From: Heterodontus francisci
Taxonomy: Eukaryota
Direction of reading: 5' to 3'
Assembly (NCBI RefSeq): GCF_036365525.1
Contig: NC_090404.1
Location: forward strand, 8,928,001 to 8,992,000
DNA: 64,000 bases
A program made the position numbers and the translations under genes. The notes beneath the pieces are model-generated. The model was not told the DNA's origin and searched no databases. It saw nothing but the letters and a program-made list of their open reading frames with translations. The stretch's first letter is position 1. The number at the start of each line of letters is the position of its first letter. This document shows, piece by piece, positions 49,950 through 63,749 of this stretch.

Positions 49950-52090
49950 CAGATCTAGCAATGCAAAACTGGGCATCCATGAGGCGCTGTGGGCCATCAG
50001 CAGCAGCAGTATTGTATTCAACTACAATCTGTAACCTCATGGCCTGGCAAATACCCCACTCTACCATTACCATCAAGCCAGCAGACCAACCCTGGTTCAA
50101 TGAAGAGTGCAGGAGGGCATGCCAGGAGCAGCACCAGGCATACTGCAAAATGAGGTGTCAACCTGGTGAAGCTACAACCCAGGACTACTTGCATGCCAAA
50201 CTGCATAAGCAGCATGCAATAGACAGAGCTAAGCGATCCCATAACCAATGGATCAGATCTAAGCTCTGCAGTTCTGCCACATCCAGTCGTGAATGGTGGT
50301 GGACAATTAAACAACTAACTGGAGGAGGTGGCTCCACAAATATCCCCATCCTCAATGATGAGGGAGCCCAGCACATCAGTGCGAAAGATAAGGCTGAAGC
50401 ATTTGCAACAATCTTCAGCCAGAAGTGCCGAGTTGATGATCCGTCTCGGCCTCCTCCTGAAGTCCCCAGCATTACAGATGCCAGACTTCAGCCAATTCGA
50501 TTCACTCCGCGTGGTATCAAGAAACGACTGAAGGCACTGGATACTGCAAAGGCTATGGGGCCTGACAATATTCCGGCAATAGTGCTGAAGACCTGTGCTC
50601 CAGAACTTGCCAAGCCCCTAGCCAAGCTGTTCCAGTACAGCTACAACACTGGCATCTACCCTGCAATGTGGAAAATTGCCCAGGTATGGCCTGTACACAA
50701 AAAGCAGGACAAGTCCAACCCGGCCAATTACCACCCCATCAGTCTACTCTCAATCATCAGCAAAGTGATGGAAGGTGACATCAACAGTGCTATCAAGCAG
50801 TACTTGCTCAGCAATAACCTGCTCAGTGATGCCCAGTTTGGGTTCCGCCAGGGCCACTAAGTTCCTGACCTCATTACAGCCTTGGTTCAAACATGGACAA
50901 AAGAGCTGAACTCAAGAGGTGAGGTGAGAGTGACTGCCCTTGACATCAAGGCAGCATTTGACTGAGTATGGCATCAAGGAGCCCTAGCAAAACTGGAGTC
51001 AATGGGAATCAGGGGGAAAACACTCTGCTGGTTGGAGTCATACCTAGCGCAAAGGAAGATGGCTGTGTTTGTTGGAGCTCAATCTCCAGGAGCTCCAGGA
51101 CATCACTGCAGGAGTTCCTCAGGGTAGTATCCTAGGCCCAACCATCTTCAGCTGCTTCATCAATGACCTTCCTTCAATCATAAGGTCAGAAGTGGGGATG
51201 TTGGCTGATGATTGCATAATGTTCAGCACCATTCGCGACTCCTCAGATACTGAAGCAGTCCGTGTAGAAATGCAGCAAGACCTGGACAATATCCAGGCTT
51301 GGGCTGATAAGTGGCAAGTAACATTTGCGCCACACAAGTGGCAGACAATGACCATCTCCAACGAGAGAATCTAACCATCTCCCCTTGACATTCAATGGCA
51401 TTACCATCGCTGAATCCCCCACTATCAACATCCTAGGGCTACCATTGACCAGAAACTGAACTGGAGTAGCCATATAAATACCATGGCTACAAGAGCAGGT
51501 CAAAGGCTAGGAATCCTGCAGCAAGTAACTCACCTCCTGACTCCCCAAAGCCTGTCCACCATCTACAAGGCACAAGTCAGGAATGTGATGGAATACTCTC
51601 CACTTGCCTGGATGGGTGCAGCTCCAACAACACTCAAGAAGCTCAACACCATCCAGAACAAAGCAGCCCGCTTGATTGGCACACCATCCACAAACATACA
51701 TTCTCTCCACCACCGACGCACAGTGGCAGCAGTGTGTACCATCTACAAGATGCACTGCAGCAATGCACCAAGGCTCCTCAGACAGCACCTTCCAAACCCA
51801 CGATCCCTATCACCTCAAAGGACAAGAGCAGCAAATGCATGGGAACATCACCACCTGCAAGTTCCTGTCCAAGTCACACACCATCCTGACTTGGAACTAT
51901 ATCGCCGTTCCTTCACTGTCGCTCGGTCAAAATCCGGGAACTCCCTTCCTAACAGCACTGTGAGTGTACCTACCTCACATGGACTGCAGCGGTTCAAGAA
52001 GGCAGCTCACCACTTTCTCAATGGCAATTAGGGATGGGCAATAAATGCTGGCCTGGCCAGCGACGCCCACATCCCATGAATGAATAAATA
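49950..52090 (+). mobile_element. Non-LTR retrotransposon (CR1/L2 supergroup family with Deu-SINE-type 3' tail), 5'-truncated
   Basis: KAMGPD, NYHPISLL, QFGFR and VPQGS motifs; tail GGGCAATAAATGCTGGCC...CACATCCCATGAATGAAT. Confidence 0.9.
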
Positions 52091-52857
52091 AAAGATAAAA
52101 GTCTGCACACAAGGGTATTCAGGGTGATCTAGACAGTACAACAACCTCCCCTTCATAGATAATGATCCCGACTGCACAATGATGGTGAGTCCAGGGAGAT
52201 TGATGGGTGGATACATTATGTGTTGTCAATCCTACCCTCAATAAACAAACCGGCCCCAGAAGTGAAATATGAAACATGAAATTTATTTTGGATCAAATCA
52301 GATCTGGGATTGTCTTTCTCACACATGGATGCCAAGGTGGCCCATGTTACCTGGACTGGTGGAGCTGGACAAGGCCTGACCCAGCACCGACAGGACAGTC
52401 CCACTGCGAGGTGATATAAAGCCGAATTAACACTCACGTGTATCATTTTCATTGTTTAATTAATTTTACAATGAGACTCAGTGGATATTTCCTGTCGGTT
52501 TATCTTTCAGCTGAAAGGAAGATAAACGTTTTCACATCACCAATCACATCAATGTTCATTATATCGGACAGTCCTGGAAAACATTCCTGCAAATTCCTTT
52601 AACAGGACACTGATGAGCTTTACATTCAGAAATGTAAATGTACAAGGACTTTATAGTGTCATTGAAGTGTGGGGTCTGTGATTACTAATCCATTTGAAAA
52701 GGGGTCCTTCAAACAAAAATCTTTGAGAATCACTGCTGTCGATTCGATGTAACTCCATGTACTCGCTGTATTTCTCTGTAACTCTATCTTACTATGCCTC
52801 CGACTCCTGAGGTAGCTGGAAAAGCTTTTACTATTACCACAATTGTGCACCATCTCT

Positions 52858-53365
52858 TAGCTGTTAGGAAGGCAGTTCCAGGATTTTGACCTGGTGACAG
52901 TGAAGGAACAGCGATACAGTTCCAAGTCAGGATGGTGTGTGGTTTGGAGGGGAACATGCATGTGGCGGTGTTCCCATGCATCTGCTGTCCTTGTCCTTCT
53001 AGGTGGTAAAGGTCGCAGGTTTGGAAGGTGCTGTCAAAGGAGCCTTGGTGCGTTGCTGTAGATGGTACACACTGCTGCCACTATGCATCGGTGGTGGAGG
53101 GAGTAAATGTTTGTAGATGGGTTTCCAATCAAGTGGGCTGCTTTGTCCTGGATGGTGTCGAGCTACTTGAGTGTTGTTGGAGCTGCACCCATCCAAGCAA
53201 GTGGAGAGTATTCCATCACACTCCTGACTTGTGCCTTGTAGATGGTGGACAGGCTTTGGGGAGTCAGGACATACCTAGGCAATTCCCGCATTACCAGGTA
53301 GATGCCTGCGTTGTAGCTGTACTGGAACAGCTTGGCTAGGGGTGTGGCAAATTCTGGAGCACAAG
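52858..53365 (-). mobile_element. Fragment of the same LINE family, internally deleted
   Basis: Reverse complement of parts of 50600-51960. Confidence 0.8.
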
Positions 53366-53589
53366 GTTTCTTTATTACCAACCATAAAACCAATTGTCTT
53401 ATGTTATCACCTGAAAACTTCTTAACCAGAGCCCGCACATTTAAGTCTGAATCATTGATATATAACCACAAAAGTAAGTGGCCTAGTGCTGAGCCCTGTG
53501 GAAACCCAAATGTAAAAAAGGCTTCCAATCAGGATTCAATTCTAGATGTAATTAACAGCAGCAACAACAGCAGAATCCAAACCCTGCAG

Positions 53590-54596
53590 TCACTCGTGAA
53601 CTCGCTGGTGTCTCAGCAGATTGGATGATTGATTAAATCCCTTTCCACAAATGGAGCAGGTGAACGGCCTCTCCCCAGTGTGAATTCTCCGGTGTGTCAG
53701 AAGGTGAGATGACTGAGTGAATTCCTTCCCACAAACGGAGCAGGTGAATGGCTTCTCTCCTGTGTGAATTCGCTGGTGTCTCAAAAGGTTGGATGCTTCA
53801 GTGAATCCCTTCCCACACACGGTGCAGGTGAACGGCCTCTCTCCAGAGTGAACTCGCTGGTGTGTCAGCAGGTGGGAGGACCAAATGAATCCCTTCTCAC
53901 ACACTGAGCAGGTGAACAGGCTCTCCCCGGTGTGAACGCGCTGGTGAATCAGCAGGAGGGATGAATTAATGAATCCCTTCTCACACACTGAGCAGGTGAA
54001 CGGCCTCTCCCCAGTGTGAATTCTCCGGTGTATCAGAAGGTGAGATGACTGAGTGAATTCCTTCCCACAAACGGAGCAGGTGAATGGTTTCTCCCCAGTG
54101 TGAATTCGCTGGTGTCTCAAAAGGTTGGATGCTTCAGTGAATCCTTTCCCACACTCGGAGCAGGTGAACGGCTTCTCCCCAGTGTGAACTCGCTGGTGTG
54201 TCAGCAGGTGATATGACCGGGTGAATCCCTTCCCACACACAGAGCAGGTGAACAGTCTCTCCCCAGTGTGAACTCGCTGGTGTGTCAGCAGGTGATATGA
54301 CCGGGTGAATCCCTTCCCACACACTGAGCAGGTAAATGGCCTCTCCCCAGTGTGACTGCGTCGATGAGTTTCCAGCAGTGATGGGCAACTGAATCCCTTC
54401 CCACAGTCCCTACATTTCCACGGTTTCTCCGTGGTGTGAGCGTCCTTGTGTCTCTCCAGGTTGGATTATCAGTTGAAGCCTTGTCCACACACAGAACACG
54501 TGTACAGTTTCTCCCGGCTGTGAAGGTGCAATGTTTTTTCAGGCTATGTAACTGGTTAAAGCTCGTTCCACAGTCAGTACACTGGAACACACTCAC
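53590..54596 (-). pseudogene. C2H2 zinc-finger gene; ~9-10 intact 3' fingers, 5' part disrupted
   Basis: 244-aa open stretch of TGE(K/R)PFTC fingers. Upstream there is a frameshift and TGA-TAA, and the MEKPWKC Met codon reads ACG. Confidence 0.85.
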
Positions 54597-54924
54597 TCGG
54601 GTGTTTGTGTCTCGGTGCTTTTCCAGTCACACTGATGTTTGAAATCTTTTCCCACAGACAGAACAAACAAACATTTCTCCTTCCACATTCAAATCCTGAG
54701 GTGTTCTTTGGTTTGAGTTAGAGTCTGCATATCCTCCCCTTCTAATCCCCTGTAAAAGGAGTTTACAAAAGTCATCATTGTCAATACAAGATAGAAATTC
54801 AGAACAGGCAATTCTAATTTCCATGGAACATTTATTTCCTCTCTTGTTCCCCCAAAGCTGTAAATCCCCATCCCACACACTTTCCCTTCTCCCTGTGTTG
54901 AAATCCAAACCATCACACCATACT

Positions 54925-57900
54925 GGGGAGGTGGTGGCATAGTGGTATTGTCACTGGACTAATAACCTAGGGTATTGCTCTGGGGACATGGGCTCAAATC
55001 CCACTACAGCAGAAGGTGGAATTTGTTTTCAATTAATAAATCTGGAATTAAACAGCGAGTCTAATGGTGTCAAATTGTCATAAAAACCCATCTGGTTCAC
55101 ACATTCCCTTTAAGGGAAATCTGCCATCCTTACCTGGTCTGGCCTACACATGACTCCAGACCCACAGCAATGTGGTTGACTCTGAAATGGTCAAACCAGC
55201 CACTCAGTTGTGTCAAACCACTACAAAATCAATAAGGAATTAAACCAGACGGACGACCCGGCATTGACCTAGGCACCGGAAACAACAATGGCAAACCAAG
55301 CCCTGTTGACCCTGCAAAATCCTCCTTACTAACATCTGGGGCCTTCTGCCAAAGTTGGGAGAGCTGTCCCACAGACTAGTCAAGCAGCAGCCTGACATGG
55401 TCATATTCACCAAATCATACCTTACAGACAATATCCCAGGCACCGCCATCACCATCCCGCACCAGCAGGGCAGACATACGAATTAAGAGCAGGAGTTGAC
55501 CACTCAGCCTTTCGAGCTTGCTCCGCCATTCAGTAAGTTCATGGCTGAATTGATTACTCCACATTTCCATCTATCTCTGATAACCTTTGCACCCACTTGC
55601 TTATCAAGAGTCTCTCTACCTCTGCCTTAAAAATATTCATAGACTCTGCTTCCACTGCCTTTTGAGGAAGAGAATTCCAAAGACTCACGACCCTCAGAGA
55701 AAAAATTTCTCCTCATCTCTGTCTGAAATGGGCAACCCCTTATTTTTAAAGATTCTCCCACAAGGGGAAACATCCTTTCCACATCCACCCAGTCAAGAAT
55801 CCTCGGGATTTTATATATTTCAATCAAGTCGCCTCTTACTCTTCTAAATTCCAGCGAATACAAGCCAAGCCTGTCCAATCTTCCCTTGTAAGACAGCCCA
55901 CCCATTTCAGGTATTAGTCTAGTAAACCTTCTCTGTACTGCCTCCAATGCATTTACTCCTTCCTTAAATAAGGAGACCAGTACTGTACACAATAGCCCAG
56001 ATGTGGCCTCACCAAGGCCCTGTATAGCTGAAGCACAACCTCCCTACTTTTGTATTCAATTCCCTCGCGATGAACAATAACATCCTATTAGATTTCCTAA
56101 TTACGTGCTGTACCTGCATACTAACCTTTTGCGATTCATGCACTAGGACACCCTCTGCATCTCAGACCCAGAAGAGGTGGCAGCACAGTGGTATACAGTC
56201 AGGAAGCAGTTGCCCTGGGAGTCCTCAACATCAACTCCAGACCCCATGAAGTCTCATGGCATCAGGTCAAACATGGGCAAGGACACCTGCGGCTGATTAC
56301 CACCTACCACCCCCGACTTAGCTGATGAATCAGTACTCCTCCATGTTGAACACCACTTGGAGCAAGCAAAGTCACAGAATGTACTCTGGGTGTACTCATC
56401 AGCAAGAGTGGCTTGGTAGCACCATTACTGGCTGAGTCCTAAAAGACACAGCTGCCAGACTGGGTCTGCAGCAGGTGGTGAAGGAATCAACAAGGAAAAA
56501 TTTACTTGACCTTGTCTTCATCAATCTGCCTGTTGCAGATGCATCTGTCCATGACAGTATTGACTGGAGTGATCACGGCACAGTCCTTATGGAGACGAAG
56601 TCCCATCTTCACATTGAGGATACTTTCCATCGTGTTGTGTGGCACTACCACTGTGCTAATTGGGATACATTTCAAACATATCTAGCAATGCAAAACTGGG
56701 CAGCCATTAAGCACTGTGGGCCATCAGCAGCAGCAGTATTGTATTCAACTACAATCTGTAACCTCATGGCCTGGCATATACCCCACTCTACCATTACCAT
56801 CAAGCCAGGGGACAAACCCTAGTTCAATGAAGAGTGCAGGATGGCATGCCAGGAGCAGTACCAGGCATACTGCAAAATGAGGTGTCAACCTGGTGAAGCT
56901 ACAACACAGGACTATCTGCGTGCCAAACTGCATAAGCAACATGTGATAGACAGAGCTAAGCAATCCCATAACCAACGGATCAGATCTAAGCTCTGCAGTC
57001 CTGCCACATCCAGCCGTGAATGGTGGTGGACAATTAAACAACTAACTCGAAGGGGTGGCTCCACAAATATCCCCGTCCTCAATGATGGGGGAGCCCAGCA
57101 CATCAGTGCAAAAGATAATGCTGAAGCATTTGCAACAATCTTCAGCCATATCGGCCTCCTACTGAGGTCCCCAGAATCACAGATGCCAGTCTTCAGCCAA
57201 TTCGATTCACTCCACATGATATCAAGAAACGACTGAAGGCAGTGGGTACTGCAAAGGACAACATTCTGGCAATAGTACTGAAGACCTGTGCTCCAGATCT
57301 TGCCACACTCCTAGACAAGCTGTTCCAGTACAGCAACAACACTGGCATCTACCCGGCAATGTGGAAAATTGCCCAGGTATGTCCTGTACACAAAAAGCAG
57401 GACAAGTCCAACCCGGCCAATTACCGCCCCATCAGTCTACTCTCAATCAACAGCAAAGTGTTGGAAGGTGTCACTGACAGTGCTATCAAGCAGCACTTGC
57501 TCAGCAATAACCTGCTCAGTAACACTCAGTTTGGGTTCCGCCAGAGCCACTCAGCTCCTGGCCTCATTACAGCCTTGGTTCAAACATGGACAAAAGAGCT
57601 GAACTGAACAGGTGAGGTGAGAGTGACTGCCCTTGACATCAAGGCAGAAATTGAACGTGTATGGCATCAAGGAGCCGAGCAAAACTGGAGTCAATGGGAA
57701 TCAGGGGGAAAACCCTCCGCTGGTTGGAGTCATACCTAGCGCAAAGGAAGATGGTTGTGGTTGTTTGAGGTCAATCATCCCAGCTCCAGAACATCACTGT
57801 CGGTGTTCCTCAGGGTAGTGTCTTCAGCTGCTTCATCAACGACCTTCCTTCAATCTTACGTTCAGAAGTGGGGTGGTTCGCTGATGATTGGACAATGTTC

Positions 57901-59620
57901 AGCACCATTCGCGAGTCCTCAGATGCTGAAGCAGTCCGTGTAAAAATGCAGTAAGGACTGGACAACATCCAGGCTTGGGCTGATAAGTGAAAAGTAAAAT
58001 TTGTACCACAAAAGTGCCAGGCAATGACTAGCTCGAACGAGAGAGAAGCTAACCAACCCCTTGTCATTCAATGGCATTACGATCGCTGAATCCCCCACTA
58101 TCAACATCCTGGGGGGTGATCATTGAGAAGTAACTGAAGTGGAGTAGCCATATAAATACCGTGGCTACAAGAGCATGTCAGAGACTAGGAATCTTAGAAC
58201 ATAGAACAGTACAGCACAGTACAGGCCCTTCGGCCCACGATATTGTGCCGAACCTTTAACCTACTCTAGGGTCAAACTACCTACCCTTCATTCTACTATC
58301 ATCCATGTACCTATCCAGGAGTCGCTTAAATGTCCCTAATGTATCTGCTTCTACTACCACCGCTGGCAGTGCATTCCACGCACCCACCACTCTCTGTGTA
58401 AAGAACCTACCTCTGACCCCGAAACCTTCCTCCAATCACCTTAAAATTATGCCCCCTGGTGACAGCCCTTTCCACCCTGGGAAAAAGTCTCTGGCTATCC
58501 ACTCTATCTATGCCTCTCATCATCTTGTACCCCTCTATCAAGTCACCTCTCATCCTTCTTCGCTCCAATGAGAAAAGCCCTAGCTCCCTCAACCTTTCTT
58601 CGTCAGACATGCCCTCCAGTCCAGGCAGCATCCTGGTAAATCTCCTCTGCACCCTCTCTAAAGCTTCCACATCCTTCCTATAATGAGGCGAAAAGAACTG
58701 AACACAATATCTTGTGGCAAGTAACTCTCCGCCTGACTGTCCACCCTACCATTAGGAGCGTGATGGAATAGATTAGATTAGATTAGATTAGAGATACAGC
58801 ACTGAAACAGGCCCTTCGGCCCACCGAGTCTGTGCCGACCATCAACCACCCATTTATACTAATCCTACACTAATCCCATATTCCTACCAAACATCGCCAC
58901 CTGTCCCTATATTTCCCTACCACCTACCTATACTAGTGACAATTTATAATGGCCAATTTACCTATCAACCTGCAAGTCTTTTGGCTTGTGGGAGGAAACC
59001 GGAGCACCCGGAGAAAACCCACGCAGACACAGGGAGAACTTGCAAACTCCACACAGGCAGTACCCAGAATCGAACCCGGGTCCCTGGAGCTGTGAGGCTG
59101 CAGTGCTAACCACTGCGCCACTGTGCCGCCCGAATATTCTCCACTTGCCTGGATGGGTGCAGCTCCAACACACAAGAAGCTCGACATCGTCCAGGACAAA
59201 GCAGCCGCTTGATTGGCACCCAGTCCACAAACATTCACCTCCTCCACCACTATGCACAGTGGCAGCAGTGTGTACCATCTACAAGATGCACTGCAGCAAC
59301 ACACCAAGGCTCCTTAGACAGCACCTTCCAAACCCTTGACCTCCACCACCTAGAAGGGCAAGGGCAGCAAATGCATGGGACCACCTCCACCTGCAAGCCA
59401 CACGCACCCTGACTTGGAATTATATTGCCATTCCTTCACTGTCGCTGGGTCAAAATCCAGGAACTCCCTTCCTAACAGCACTGTAGGTGTACCTACACCC
59501 CAAGGACTGCAGCAGCTCAAGAAGGCAGCTCACCAGTACCTTCTGAAGGGCAATAAGGGATGGGCAATAAATGCTGGCCTAGTCGGCAATGCCCACATCC
59601 CAGGAATGAATGAAAAAAAA
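54925..59620 (+). mobile_element. Near full-length decayed LINE with tRNA-like head and Deu-like 5'UTR; nested CR1 (55473-56165, 58194-58710) and V-SINE (58772-59129), all minus strand
   Basis: GGTGGCATAGTGG head, CCTTACCTGGTCTGGCCTACA..GACTCCAGACCCACAGCAATGTGGTTGACTC, then endonuclease (NIWGL..PDMVIFTKSYL, LLDLVF, SDH), RT and the same tail as 49950-52090. Confidence 0.8.
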
Positions 59621-60169
59621 CAACTCCTGTATTTATACTAACTAGAATTTCAGAGACCTGAGTCAGCCCTGCTGACTAGGGAACCAGTTCTAACTAGCTA
59701 CCAAAGTAACTGCAGCTGACACTAGCAGGCAGCTTGTTTACCACTGAATAAGGCTGAAAGGAACTACAATTTAATGTTAAAGTCAAGTTAAATGCTCAAT
59801 GGAAACTTGATGAGATTTTAGAAAGAGATCAACTCTTGAAATTCCTACACTTACCAGATTCCCGAATTAAGCACTCTGTCACACAGCACTCAGTTGTTGT
59901 TCTGTTACATTAATCCAGAGGCTGAGAGTTCGAATCATGCCATGGCAGTTTGAGAATTGGAAGTCAAAATCTGGAAATAAAAAAGCTGGTTATCAGTAGA
60001 AGTGACCATGAAGCTGCTGGATTGCCTAAGAATGTTCATTTATACAGCACCTTTCCCGACCTCAGGGTGTTTCAAATTGCTTTTCAGCCAATTAAGCATC
60101 TTTAAAATGTGTACTCATTCTTGTAATTATGATAATGTGGGCAGCCCAAATTGCACACAGCAAGATCAC

Positions 60170-63100
60170 ACGAACATACGAATTAGGAGGAGTAGGCCAC
60201 TCGACCCCTCAAGCCTGCCCCGCCATTCAATAAGTTCATGGCTGAACAGATTACTCCACATTTCCATCTATCCCCAATAACCATCAACCTCCTTGCTTAT
60301 CAAGAATCTATCTACCTCTGCCTTAAAAATATTCAAAGACTCTGCTTCCACTACCATTTGAGGAAGAGAATTCCAAAGACTCACGACCCTCTGAGAGAAT
60401 AATTTTCTCCTCAACTCTGTCTTAAATGGGCAACTGCTTATTTTTAAACAGTGACCCCTAGTTCTAGATTCTCCCACAAGGGGAAACATCCTTTCCACAT
60501 CCATCCTGTCAAGAACTCTCAGGATCTTATACGTTTCAATCAAGTCGCCTCTTACTCTTCCAAATTCCAGCGGATACAAGTTGAGCCTCTCCAATCTTTC
60601 CTCGAAAGACAGTCTGCCCATTCCAGGTATTAGTCCAGTAAACCTTCTCCGCACTGCCTCCAATGCATTTACATCCTTCCTTAAATAAGGAGACCAGTAC
60701 TGTACACAGTACTCCAGATGTGGTCTCACCAATGCCCTGTATAGCTGAAGCATAACCTCCCTACTTTTGTATTCCATTCCCCTCACGATGAACAATAACA
60801 TTCTATTAGCTTTCCTAATTACGTGCTGTACCTGCATACTAACCTTTTACGATTCATGCATCAGGACACCCAGATCCCTCTGCATCTCAGAACTCAGCAG
60901 TCTCTCGCCATTTAGAAAATATGCTTCTTTTTTTTATTCTTCCTGCTAAAGTGGACAATTTCCCACTTTCCCACATTATACTCCATTTTCCAGGTCTTTG
61001 CCCACTCACTTAACCTATCTATATCCCTTTGTAGCCCCTTAAGTCCTCGACACAAGTTACTTTCCTACCTATCTTTGTGTCATCAGCAAATTTAGCAACC
61101 ATACCTTCGGTCCCTTCATCTAAGTCATTCACTCGTTACATCTTGCCAACCAGAAAATGATCCATTTATGCCTATTCTCTGTTTCCTGTTACCTAACCAA
61201 TCTTCTATCCATGCCAATATGTCACCCTCTACACCATGAGCTTTTATTTTCTGCAATAACCTTTGATGTGGCACCTTATCAAATGCCTTCTGGAAATCTA
61301 AGTACAATACATCCAACGGTTCCCCTTTATCCACAGCACGTAACTCCCTCAAAAAGAACAAACTCCAATAAATTGGTTAAACATGATTTCCCTTTCACAA
61401 AACCATGTTGACTCTGCCTGATTACCTTGAATTTTTCTAAATGCCCTGTTATAACAACTTTAATAATAGCTTCTAACATTTTCCCCAAGACTGATGTTAA
61501 GCTAACTGGCCTGTAGTTTCATGCTTTCTGTCTCCCTCCCTTTTTCAGTAGAGGAGTTACTTTCGCTATTTTCTCATCTAAAGGAACCTTCCCCAAATCT
61601 AGGGAATTTTGGAAAATTAAAACTAATGCGTCAACTATCTCACTAGCCACTTCTTTTAACAGCCTAGGATGAAGTCCATCAGGACCTGGGGATTAGTCAG
61701 CCTGCAGCTCCAACTTCAGTACAACTTCCCTGCGGATTGTAATTTTCTTGAGATTCTCCCTCCCTTCCATTTTCTGGCTGACAGCTAATACTGGGATGTT
61801 ACTTGTATCCTCAGTAGTGAAGACCGATGCAAAATATCTGTTCAATTCATCTGCCATCTCCTTTTTATCCATTAATTTCCCAGTCTCACTTTTTATAGGA
61901 CCAATGCTCTCTTGGTTACCCTTTTCTTTTTTTAAATATCTATAGAAACTCTTAGTATCTGTCTTTATATTTCTAGCTAGCTTTCTCTCGTACTCTAATT
62001 TTACCTTCCTTATCAATCTTTTAGTCCTTTTATGCTGTTTTTTATATTCTGTCCAATCTTCTGACCTGCCTCCCATCTTTGCGCAATTGTAGGCTTTTTC
62101 TTTAAGTTTGATACCATCTTTAACTGTTTTAGTTAACCATGGATGGCAGGTCCCACCCTTGGAATTTTTCTTTCTCGTTGAAATGCATCTTTTCTGTGTA
62201 TTCTGAAATATCTCCTTAAATGTCTGCCACTGCATCTCTAATGACCTATCCCTGAATCTGATTTGCCAGTTCACTTTAACTAGCTCTGCTTTCATGCCCT
62301 CATAATTGCCCTTATTTAAGTTTAAGATATTAGTCTTAGATCCACTCTTCTCTCCCTCAAGCTGAATGTAAAATTCAACCATATTATGATCACTGCTACC
62401 TAGGGGGGCCTTAACTATGAGGTCATTAATTACTCCTATCTCATCACACAATACCAGGTCTAGTATAGCCTGCTCCCTGGTTGGCTCCAGAACGTACTGT
62501 TCCAAGAAATTATCTCGAAAACATTCTATGTACTATTATTCTAGGCTACCTTTGCCCATCTGATTTTTCCAGTCTATATGCAAGTTAAAATCCCTCATAA
62601 TTATCGTTGTACCTTTCTGACAAGCTGCCATTATGTCTTCCTTTGTACCCCATCCCAGAGTGTGGTTAATGTTAGATGGCCTGTACACCACTCCCACAAG
62701 TGTCTTCTTGCCTTTATGATTTCTTATCTCTACCCAAACCGCTTCTACATCCTGGTCTCCTGAACTTAGGTCATCCCTCTCTATTGCGCTAATACCATCA
62801 TTAATTAAACGAGCTACCCCTCCACCTTTTCCCAGCTTCCTGTCCTTCCTAAATGCCAGGTATCCTTCAACATTCAGGTCCCAATCTATGTCGTCTGCAG
62901 CCATGTCCCTGGAATGGCTATCAGATAGTACTTATTTATTTCTATTTGCACTCTCAATTAATCAGTTTTATGTTGAATGCTACATGCAGATACAGAACCT
63001 TTAGTTTTGTCCTTTTATCATTTTTGTAATCTCTGACCTTAACTGTTGATTTACTCTTAGATTTGTATGCTCTGTCCCTCCCTGTCACAGTCTATCATTT

Positions 63101-63245
63101 CCCATATTAATACCTTTCTCTCTTGCCTTCTCTCCACCATATTTATCATATCTTCCCAAATTTGATCCTTTGTCCCCACTACTCAGTTTAAAACCCACTC
63201 TACTTCCTTAGTTATGCGGCTCACTAGAACACTGGCCCCAGCACG
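60170..63245 (-). mobile_element. CR1 LINE, decayed ORF2
   Basis: GVVYRP, LDLVL, SSDHN, YLDFQKAFD and RPHLEYC motifs on the minus strand. Confidence 0.92.
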
Positions 63246-63289
63246 GTCAGATCCCACAAACAGCAAAGGGATAAAGGACCTGATAGTCC

Positions 63290-63560
63290 ATAAATAGCGC
63301 AAAATTGGTTCATTAATGCCCCTCAAGGGATGGAAACCTGCTGACCTTACCCTGTCTGGGCCTGTATAAGTGACTGAAGTCTTACACTAACATGGGTGAC
63401 TATTAACTGCCCCTGAAGTGGCCGAACGAGCCACTCAGTCGTATGAAACCGGTTCAATGAGGCGGCCGCCCACCACCAGCACCTTCTCAAGAGGCGACTA
63501 GTGACAGGGTAATAAATACCAGCTTTACCAGCGATGCCCACATCCCAAGAATGAATTAGT
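63290..63560 (+). mobile_element. Deu-SINE body and tail (head probably at ~59900-60030)
   Basis: Diverged Deu-like block followed by AATAAATACCAGC..GATGCCCACATCCCAAGAATGAAT tail. Confidence 0.6.
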
Positions 63561-63749
63561 AAAAATTTGCAGCCAGTCCTTTCCTCAAAGGGACTGGTGG
63601 AAAATCTGAAGCCCACCCACTGGAGACACCAAAACCCATCCAAGCTCAGTAATTATCAACCAGGTTTTCTCGCACCCATTGCTTCCCCCTCAAAGGATGT
63701 GACATTAAAATCCCCGTGTTTTGGGTGGCCCCAGTCAGAGTGGTGTCCT

